Source: Euprymna scolopes
Taxonomy: Eukaryota
Direction: 5' to 3' (one strand)
DNA: 64,000 bases
NCBI GenBank assembly: GCA_053919585.1
Contig: CM132796.1
Below are positions 1 to 9,537 of the stretch, piece by piece. The notes under the pieces were generated by a model, which was not told the origin of the DNA, did not search any database, and saw only the letters and a program-made list of their open reading frames with translations. A program made the position numbers and the translations under genes. The stretch's first letter is position 1; every line of letters starts with the position of its first letter.

Positions 1-1238
1 CGGTATTTATGAATTGACAAGGAATGAAGGTTCGTAAAATGTTTGTAGGTATGTATGAATTGACAAGGAATGAATGTTCGTAAACGTAACTTATCTTTTG
101 GACGATGGATGTGGTAGAGGTAGGCTGGTCATCTGCTGTCGGTGATGCGTGCCCTGGCTTGTAACTGGAAAGCGGGTGACTTCTTTCATCAGCAGCTAGC
201 AGCCCGGCGTCTTCGTCTTCTTTTTCCTCCTCTCTCCTCTAGTTCCCTAAAATCCCTCGTTTTATAGTGGCAAACCGGCTCCCAGTGACTGTGATATTTG
301 AGGTGTTTATTTTAGGCGCGGAGCTCTGCCAGTGGTCGATAACTATTTTGTGGTTATCTTATTTTTTTCTTCCCAAGCAGAAGCGATGCGTGGAGCCATG
401 TGCAAAAGACGATTTTTCATTTTGTCTCTCATGGGGGATACGGTAACATTCGGTTCGCTGCTAATTCTCATCATCTTCCCACAAGTCTAAGTGATGACGG
501 TTGAAGTCAGTTACAAAAAAGGCTTGCAAGCGAATTTGCAATGCCAAGGACAGGCGAGTTTGTATAGATATCGGTGTGCATACTGCATCATTTGTATTGA
601 TCAGATTCCCATGCATTGGTTGAATCAACAAGTGTCCAGTCGTCAAGTTTTTAATGTGCATGTCGCAGCTAACTCGTTTTAAACTGGTATGACTTCTTCC
701 ATCATAGCCAGTCGTTCAGTTTTCCAATGTGCATGTCGCAGCTAACTCATTTTAAACTGGTATGAGTTCTATATGGTTGTTATTTATGTCCGTGGATTTT
801 CTGTGCTTGACGAAAATCGGTGAAAGTTCAGGTTTGCTGAATAAGTTGTTGGAGAAAGTTTGTAAGTCTTGAAGAGTGTTGTTTGCGGAGCTTGACTTTT
901 TATGTCTTGTATAAAGTCAAGAGCTCGGTGTCGGTTTATGTTCAGGGATGTGTTTGAATGTGTCAGCCGCTTCATCGACCATGGCGGGAGGTAATGTTTG
1001 AACCATGTTCACTGAATGTCGGTAAATGTATCAGGGATACAGATTACAGCGATGCTGATGGAGGAATCATAGTTGGTGTTGTCGCTATCCATATTGTATG
1101 ATTGTCCAACTCACATTGGGATGAAATCACTTACTATGGGTGTCGATGTTGGTCTTGCAAACTCAGAAAAAAAATAAAAATAAAAAAAAATAATGTGTGA
1201 AATGGGGTTGAACAATCACAACAAAGATGACCGAGGCG

Positions 1239-1265
1239 ATTCTCCGCCTCGGCGAGGCGGAGAAT
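1239..1265. repeat. 27-bp near-perfect palindrome (13-bp arms, 1-nt centre)
   Basis: attctccgcctcg-g-cgaggcggagaat. Confidence 0.85.
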
Positions 1266-1818
1266 AAATTTTATACAACGTTTATTTTCTCAAAATCGTA
1301 AATAAGTGAAAAAAGAAGACCAGAAAGTTTCTTCTTAATTAAAATCTCTTCCTGCGACTAAGGTAATAAAATGTTCGTTATAAAAAATGATTAAACAACA
1401 TAAAAGTCAATGGCTTACTTTAGCAAAGAATAAGAAAAGGGCAAAAAGCCCATTTCCACGTGGAGAAAATTATCAGGTGCAGTAGGTGCACACGCGTTTA
1501 ACGTCCTGTGGACGGAATCGGCATTATTGTTTACCGCATGCTGCTTTGCTGCTGTGCTCGTGCTCGACTGATTGGTTTTGGCATAAAATGCCCTTTTTAT
1601 AGATGTCAAACCGGCTTCATGAAAGCTGTCGGGAAAATATTTTTGAAAGTTGCTTTCTTCGTAATCCAATTGGATGGAGGGGGAGGACAACATCTTTGTG
1701 ACGTAAAGTGCTTTGGAATACGTCTACATGAAAAGGCAGAGTTTTAGTTTTTTTTATGCCCACAGAATTTGCGTGGGTATAAAAGGGAAATGTGCGCATA
1801 GTTGAAACGATCTTTACA

Positions 1819-1847
1819 CAGCAGCAGCAGCAGCAGCAGCAGCAGCA
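1819..1847 (+). repeat. (CAG)9 microsatellite
   Basis: Direct reading. Confidence 0.95.
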
Positions 1848-3095
1848 TGTGCACACACAACTGAGTTTTACAGTTGAAGAGCACACATGATGCATTGATG
1901 CAGATGCATGCACTGACTGCGCGCTATTATTCTGATTGAGTAGATCCCGCCGTCATTTGCCGAGTCGACGGCTGGGGCGCTCTGGGCTATAATAAAACTG
2001 TTGTATTTCAAAGAGTAGGTTTTAAAGCGAAAGGCATAAGGGACGGGGTAGGTAACACAAAACTTTAACCTTAGTGAAGATTAGTGTAACCAACCTTAAA
2101 CTAAAGGCAGAAACAGAATTAAAACGTGTCTCAAAAAAAAAAAAAAAAAAAAAAAAGAGAGAGAAAGAAAGGAAGCACGTGTACAGTTTAATACGGTTGG
2201 AAGAGTATTATAATTTGGAAATGTTGGGAATTTATCCGTTTTTAAATAAATTCGACAAGGCCAGCAAAATAAATAAATAAATAAATACAGGTAAATGTTT
2301 ACTTTAACTACAAAAGAACACCGACCAATAAAAATTTTTTTTTGGGGGGGGGGGGTCGCCGACAACGAATCTGATATTCAAACCCGTCGCAAATTTACCG
2401 GTTTGCATGGTATTAACCCCTGAATCCTCGCACTATTTTGTGCCAACTCACCGCCATCGTTTATGCTATTCTTACATGATGCGTTCGCGCATGGACGCGC
2501 GTAGTAAGGTGACTTGTCACATCGCGGAAGAATTTTTTAGCAGACATTTAAAATAACAAGAAAGTTTTCAAAAACAAAATGTGGTTCATTTTTCTATGTT
2601 ACGTAGTTTTTGATGCTTTTTTAATTGATCTAAAAAAAATTAAGTTTTCACGAGCGATTAACAAAAACATTTTTATTTATTTATTTTTTTTTGGAGGGGG
2701 GGGTCAATTATAAAACTTGTACAACATTTAACAGATGCTTCTACAGTTTAATTTACCGTTTTTCCGTAAGTAACGCGCCGACATACACCGAGCAGAAAAA
2801 CTTTAATTTTTCACAAAAAATTCTGTTTACATTGAGGGGTAGGGCGGTGGAGGGGCAGGGGCGACGGGTGGTGTCGCGCGCGTTAATTAAATGGCAGAAA
2901 GCACCTGTTAAATGTTGTACAAATTTTATAATTGAAAAAACCCTCTACAAAAAAAATAAATAAATAAAATAAATAAATAAAATAAAAAACGAAAAATAAA
3001 AATGCTTTTGAAAATCGCTCGTGAAAACTTAATTTTTTAGATCAATTAAAAAAAGCATAAAAAACTACGTAACACAGAAAAATTAACCACATTTT

Positions 3096-3183
3096 TTTTT
3101 ACATAGGCATCACCACTTATCAAGGCCAAGAGGCCACTCGAGGATAAGGGTTAAAGAGTGTACAGTAGAAATTGGACAATATA
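3096..3183 (-). mobile_element. Severely 5'-truncated LINE insertion (3' tail only)
   Basis: Reverse complement of the LINE 3' end at ~14935-15027 including poly(A); flanked by the direct repeat cacatttt (3088-3095, 3184-3191). Confidence 0.85.
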
Positions 3184-3300
3184 CACATTTTGTTTTTGAA
3201 AACTTTCTTGTTATTTTAAATGTCTGCTAAAAAATTCTTCCGCGATGTGACAAGTCACCTTACTACACACGTCCATGCGCGAACGCATCATGTAAGAATA

Positions 3301-3730
3301 TGTAGCAGAAACAAATAGAACTCTTTTCTTGTGCATCAGTACCTTCCCTGACTGTGTGATATGGCACATACTGACCAATCAGAAGCATAGCGCAAGGATC
3401 TTCCTTACCCCCTTAAGGAACTATAACTGCTTCCGTCCCGGAGGAGAAAAACTCTACCCTTTTCCAGTAAGATGTCAAAGAGAGCGGACCTGTTTCCTCA
3501 CGCTCTCTCTCTGCCTACACCGGTATCTACAATTCCCACATGGGATTAACTACCGGTCAAAGGCAGACGAGTTCTATCCTAGCTATATCTAAATGGCATC
3601 ATGCCCTTTCTTCAATAAACCATTTCCTTGCAAGTTTTACGAAATCGTTTCTTCGTTTATTCAGTAGCTTGTGTTGAAATATTTATTTTATTAGGGAGTG
3701 CCCGAAAAGCATTAACTCAACTCTCTAAAA
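3301..3730 (+). repeat. LTR (430 bp), forward copy
   Basis: Starts TGTAGCAG; has CCAAT, TATAA and AATAAA; ends CTAAAA; followed by the PBS; related to the LTR at 63360. Confidence 0.9.
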
Positions 3731-3748
3731 TGGTGACCCCAACGTGAT
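3731..3748 (+). promoter_or_regulatory. Primer-binding site, tRNA-Trp 3' end
   Basis: tggtgaccccaacgtgat versus the recalled tRNA-Trp complement TGGTGACCCCGACGTGAT (1 mismatch). Confidence 0.9.
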
Positions 3749-5620
3749 TTGGACTTCGTCTATAACTATATAGACGACATTCTTGTGGCAAGTGTGTTAC
3801 CTGAGGAACACATCACTCACCTCCGCCTACTGTTTGAATGTTTTCAGCAATACCAGGTGAGGATTAACCTTGGTAAATGCGTTTTCAGTGTTTCGTCACT
3901 AGTTTTCCTGGGCCACATTATCAGCCCAGACGGTATATCTCCGTTACCAGAAAAGGTGAAAGACCTTCAACCACCACTTCACTTTGCCAACTTAGGCACT
4001 TCCTCGGTCTGTTGAACTACTACAGACGCTTTATCCCACACTGTGCGGACCTTCTAGCTCCTCTTTCCGACCTGTTACGTAACAAGAAGAAGAAAAATGA
4101 GCAAATCTCACTTAATGAGGTTCAGCTAAAAGCTTTCAATGAAGTGAAAATAAAACTAGCGATAACATCTTTACTTGCACATCCTGTATCCGATGCCAAG
4201 TTTTCACTGGTCATTGACGCATCAGGCACAGCTGTAGGTGCAGTGTTGCAACACAGCACCAACAACAGTTACAACCTCTCGCATACTTTTCGCAACAACT
4301 GAAACTGGCAGAACAACGTTACAGCACGTTTGGCCGTGAACTGCTGGCAATGTACCTCACAGTGAAACACTTCCAACATTCACTTGAGGGTCGTCAATTT
4401 GTGAAGTACACTGATCACCATCCGCTTACATGCGCACTTCGTTCTAAGCCGGACAAATATTCTCCCCGTGAAACACGCCACTTGGATTTTGTTTCGCAAT
4501 TTACCAGCGATATCCGACATATCTTGGTTGAGCAGAATGCAGCGGCAGACGCCTTGTCTCGCCTTCCCATTAATTCTCTGTCCTCACCATCGGATATCGA
4601 TTTACAGCAGATGGCCTTAGACCAGCCAAGTCGGGACACATTGGATCCATCGTCGCCTGAATTTGGACTTGCAAATTCGCATACCTGCCCGTACCTACCT
4701 CGAACACGCAGATCATCTGTGACACCTCAACGGATTCGCCTCGACCATTTGTTCCAAAGACTCATCGTTGAGTTGTTTTTGACACTTTACACAACCTGGC
4801 ACACCCCGGATGCAAAGCCACAGTGAAGCTGATTACAGCTAGATTTTTCTGGCCAAATATGAGGCGTGATATCACTGCCTGGACACGTTCCTGTGTATCC
4901 TTCCAAAAGTCAAAGGTACACAAGCATATCCGTGCACCCCTTGGAACATTCACCACCTCAGACGCTCGGTTTAGCCACATTTACATAGACTTGGTTGGAC
5001 CTTGGCCGGTCAGTCAGGGATTTATGTATCTTCTGACCTGTATAGACCGTTTCACATGGTGGCCTGAAGCCATTCCCCTCACAGACATTTCGGCTGAGTC
5101 TGTAGCGCGAGCCCTTATATCAGGCTGGATATCGCCTTACGGAGTTCCCACCACCATCACCACTGATCGTGGCGTACAATTCGAATCCCACCTATTCTAG
5201 GAACTGTCCAGGATCCTAGGGATCACACGCATTCGAACAACAAGCTATCACCCAGCTTCTAACTGGATGATAGAACGCTTCCATCGCCAATTGAAAGCAG
5301 CATTACGTGCTTACCCTGACCAACAGCGATGGAGCGAGTACTTACCGGTCGTCCTTCTTGGCTGTCATGCCTCAATCAAAGAGGACTTGGGTTATTCTGC
5401 AGCTGAACTAGTCTATGAAGCACCTCTATCATTGCCAGGTCAGATGCTGATCACGATAGAGGATACAACAACTGACTCAGCTCTGTATGTCAACAGACTA
5501 TGAGCCTATCTCAGTAAGCTACCACCGATGCACCCTAGGGAACAGACCATAAAATCTTTGGTCCCGAAGGACATATAAACATGGACCCACGTGTTCCTTA
5601 GAAAGGACGCAGTAAAAGCT
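3749..5620 (+). pseudogene. Gypsy pol remnant (C-terminal RT, RNase H, integrase) with frameshifts and stops
   Basis: [45 protein letters not shown] motifs; colinear with 61010-62890. Confidence 0.9.
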
Positions 5621-5624
5621 TCCA

Positions 5625-6054
5625 TTTTAGTGAGTTGAGTTAATGCTTTTTGGGCACTTCCTAATGAAATAAATATTTCAACACAAGCTACTGAATAAAC
5701 GAACAAACGACTTCGTAAAACTTACAAGGGAAAGGTTTATTGAAGCAAGGGCATGATGCCATTTAGATATAGCTAGAATAGAACTCGTCTGCCTTTGCCC
5801 GGTAGTTAATCCCATGTGGGAATTGTAGATACCGGTGTAGGCACAGAGAGAGCGTGAGGAAACAGGTCTGCTCTCTTTGACGTCTTGCTGGAAAAGGGTG
5901 GAGTTTTTCTTGTCCGGGATGGAAGCAGTTATAGTTCCTTAAGGGGGTAAGGAAGATCCCTGCGCTATGCCTCGGATTGGTCAGTATGTGCCATATCGCA
6001 CAGTCAGGGGAGACACTGACGCATAAAAAAAGAGTTCTATTTGTTTCTGCTACA
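5625..6054 (-). repeat. LTR (430 bp), inverted copy
   Basis: Full-length reverse complement of 3301-3730 with scattered substitutions; preceded by cca (TGG of the PBS on the minus strand). Confidence 0.9.
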
Positions 6055-6951
6055 AGTAGCATAAACGATGGCGGTGAGTTGACACAAAATAGTGCGAGGG
6101 TTTAGGGGTTAATACTATGCAAACGGTAAATTTGCGACAGGTTTGAATATCAGATTCGTTGTCAGCGACCCCCCCCTCCAAAAAATTTTTTTATTGGTCG
6201 GTGTTCTTTTGTAGTTAAAGTAAACATTTACCTAAATGAATAAAAGAATAAAATAAAATGGTGGGGGTGGGGGGTAAATTAATAAAGTCGAAAGAGGCAT
6301 TGTTTAAAATAAAGAAAATATTTTATTTACAGAGATTGCAAATTATCCCCTTTGCGGGCATTCAAGAACATAAACGTCAAGTAACAAAAACAGCACAAAA
6401 ACAAACAAACTACACGTCGTTTCAACAAACGTGTCAAACGACTACCATTAATATGAAAAAAAAAATAAGCATTTTTTTTTTTTAGCGAATTTGACCCACA
6501 AATGAGAATTTTACAAAATAAATCCAAACAATTCTTAAGTATTGATAAATATAAGCTAAACTTGCTAGAAAAAAATCGACACGTTTAACTAATGAACGGA
6601 CATTTTTACACGAGGAACAAAATAATGATTATACCGTGTAACGATGATAATTCATTCTTCTTTAATAGTTGACTGTATTTTAAATAATCTCATCTTTTAA
6701 TTTTGATTTAAAAAAATATTTTCATATATTTTATTTTCTTAACAAATTGACCACACAAACAAAAGTTGTATCAATTTATTAAAGAAATTTTAACAAACAA
6801 ATGTTATATTTTGAACAAAAAAAAAAGGAAAAAACGAATTCATCACGATTTTTATTTATTTATTTTTGTATTGAATTCCTGGAATTAAAGGTAAGTAAGT
6901 TTTTATTTATTTATTTATTTATTTATTTTTTATACTTAAAAAAAATAATTG

Positions 6952-7549
6952 GGGTTTGTATTACTGTACACATAGATTCGAAAAAGTTGTCAAAAACAAA
7001 TATATAACAAATAAATGTTATCAAAGGCAAGATAAGTTACTTTTCTGCCAAATTGGATATATTTTTTGTGTTTTTATTCAATGTAGCATATTTATTCAGC
7101 TCGAAAAACATAGAGTGTTTACCGATGTATTCGAAAATTCAAGATGGCGTCTCACACCCTCTTTAACACCGTAAGTTTGGAAAAAGGTGTTATAAATAAA
7201 AAACTATACAAAATACTATTAAAAACCCGCCGAATATATGTCAATCTATGTCACGGTAACATATATTGAGCGAGTTTTTAACAGTATTTTATCCTGTTTT
7301 TTATTTATAACATCTTTTCCCACACTTACCGTGTTAAAGAGAGAATAAGACGCCATCTTGAATGTTCCAATACATCGATAAACACTGTATGGTTTTCGAG
7401 CTGAATAAACGTGTTACATTGAATAAAAACACAAAAAATATATCTAGTTTGGTAGAAAAGTAACTTATCTTGCCTTTGATAACGTTTATTTGTTATATAT
7501 TTGTTTTTTGACAACTTTTTCGAATCTATGTGTACAGTAATACAAACCC
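6952..7549. mobile_element. Palindromic MITE (~290-bp arms, GGGTTTGTATTAC termini)
   Basis: Nearly the whole element is self-complementary; further copies at 58.2-59.3 kb. Confidence 0.85.
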
Positions 7550-8772
7550 AAAATGTGTTTATTTTAAGTGAAACTTATATGATTTTTGAGAAAATACTAA
7601 TGTTTACCATAAACACAATAATGTTATTCGAAGTTGGTCGAATTATTAGACAACTGAGCACTAGAAAATAAATAAGTTAATTAATAAAAAAAATTGCTTT
7701 TTCGGTATTTAATTATTTTAATATTTAAAAAATTATTTTCTGCTACATTTACCTTTAATGTTGCTAGAAAATTCTGTTGTATTTTTGATGTTTTATCCAA
7801 TATTTTAGAATGGGGATCCTTTTATTTTATAAAGTTTACATAAAATGAGCACCCATTTATTGGCCATCACCAATTAGTAGAAACTTAATGTAAAAAAAAT
7901 ATTGGTAAACTTTTATAAGCAAACTCAGCATAGTTTACCCCATAAAAAAAGTAAAAATCTACTTTTTAGGACTATTACGTTTCAACGCATTAGAAAAAAA
8001 ATATCTGCAAAGAACTAATTAAAAAATCAGCAGGTGCAAAGTACTGGGGCTGCTGCAGTGCTGCATTGCCATTTGGTGAATGGATTGTGGACCATGGAGT
8101 AGCTTCTGGTGGGGCTTCTAGATGCCATTAGTGAGTAATTGCTATGGCTTTATCTTATGTACTACAAAAAAGGTAAAATAAAAATAAATACATTTCTTCG
8201 TTTCTTTTTCTCTCTTACTTTTCCTCTCTGCCCTGCTCTTAGCAAGTCTGTCGACCTATTCCACAAATCCCAAAACTCCATCATGAAAAGTTTCCAGAAA
8301 AAATACACAATCAAACTCATATCTCCAACTTCCAACGTAGATCCCCACTACCATGTCTCCTTCTCCAACATCTGGGGTCTATGTTCTAACTTTTCAGAAG
8401 TTGAAGCTTAATTACAAGAGACTAAACCAGACCTATGATTCCTAAGCAAAACTGGCATTGGACAGACTTTTTCTGTGGAGAAAGAAGTGGCTTACCGTTA
8501 AAGCGGCTGTGTGTTTGTGCATGCAAAGCACAAATTGAGAATCAAGATGGCACCCGCATACGTTTATGTGGAAAAAAGTCTTGCGGAATCTCGGGGAATC
8601 TCGGAGAATCTCATACCCTGATTCCATAAATAACGAGGAAAGGAAAGTGGGAGGACAGACGATCTTTAGTCACTAAAGCGAACGGACGTGTGTAAAAGAA
8701 GAGGTAGAAGAGAAGAGTGTGGTGAACGAAACAAACAATGACTCGGTTGAAAGTAGAGTTGTAACGAACACA

Positions 8773-8784
8773 AGCTATTTCGGC
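8773..8784 (+). promoter_or_regulatory. Putative atypical PBS complementary to tRNA-Phe nt 1-12
   Basis: AGCTATTTCGGC directly after the 5' LTR; identical at 37838-37849. Confidence 0.7.
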
Positions 8785-9537
8785 ATGACGTCAGGATTTG
8801 ACCCCAAGCTAATTCCCCTGTTTGATGGCAGTAGCACTGATCAGTCAGTGCAGGAATGGGTGGAAAAAGCAGAATTAATATGTCAGCTCAGTGGGGTGAA
8901 GCGTATGGAATGCGTGGTCCCAATGCACCTCACTGGGGGAGCATATGCAGTATACTAGCAGTTGGCTGATGAGAAGAAAACAGATTTTGCCTGCATCAAG
9001 CGCGCCCTTTTTACAGCATTTGCGTTAGATCCAGTTACTGCATGGAAGGAATTCATGGCCCGAAAATTACATCCCGGGGAAACGGTGGATGTATATCTGG
9101 CTGAGCTAAAAAAATTATCGGTCCTTTTTGGAGGGATGTCAGACAAAGGCTTGGTGTGCGCCTTTGTTGCAGGATTTCCTAAGAGTGTGGAAGATCTGCT
9201 CCGTGCCTCATCCCAAGTGGACGAGATAGACATATCGGAAGTATTGGTGCGGGCACGAGCAATACTAAAGAAAAGCCCTAACACTATAGACCAAGCGGCA
9301 GCTGTACAACCATCACAGGTTGGATTGCAGGACCTGGGCGAAGCTACAACCTGCTATAAGTGTAGAGGACCCAACCATTTGGCCCGTGATTGTCTTTCGT
9401 CACGTCAATCAACTCGGAAACTTGACGGGCTGCAGTGCTACAAGTGCAAAAAACGCGGACACCTGGCCCGCATTTGTCCGGGAAATGGGCAAGGGGAAGA
9501 AGCTACAGCTCCAGTCTTCTCTCCAGATCGTCATTGA
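8785..9537 (+). pseudogene. gag with two CCHC knuckles, one premature stop (8956-8958)
   Basis: CYKCRGPNHLARDC and CYKCKKRGHLARIC; ATG immediately after the PBS. Confidence 0.85.

Larger units (their letters stand above)
3301..6054 (+). mobile_element. Gypsy (CsRn1-like) LTR retrotransposon, internally deleted, bounded by inverted LTRs
   Basis: LTR 3301-3730, Trp PBS, RT/RNaseH/IN remnants, reverse-complement LTR 5625-6054, 4-bp TSD aata/agta. Confidence 0.9.
2289..6233. mobile_element. Foldback/MITE-like non-autonomous element with ~370-bp inverted arms; right arm interrupted by two insertions
   Basis: 2289-2468 is the reverse complement of ~6055-6233 and 2468-2660 of ~3013-3300; termini AGGTAAATG / CATTTACCT. 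Confidence 0.85.

Noticed and set aside
1-1160. Possible minus-strand gag/LTR remnant with short local duplications
   Set aside because: No diagnostic motif or terminus could be established within the window.
8474-8784. Self-priming explanation for the PBS of elements A and B
   Set aside because: No GCCGAAATAGCT in either LTR; only a 7-nt ccgaaat in the U3 of B, upstream of its TATA box.
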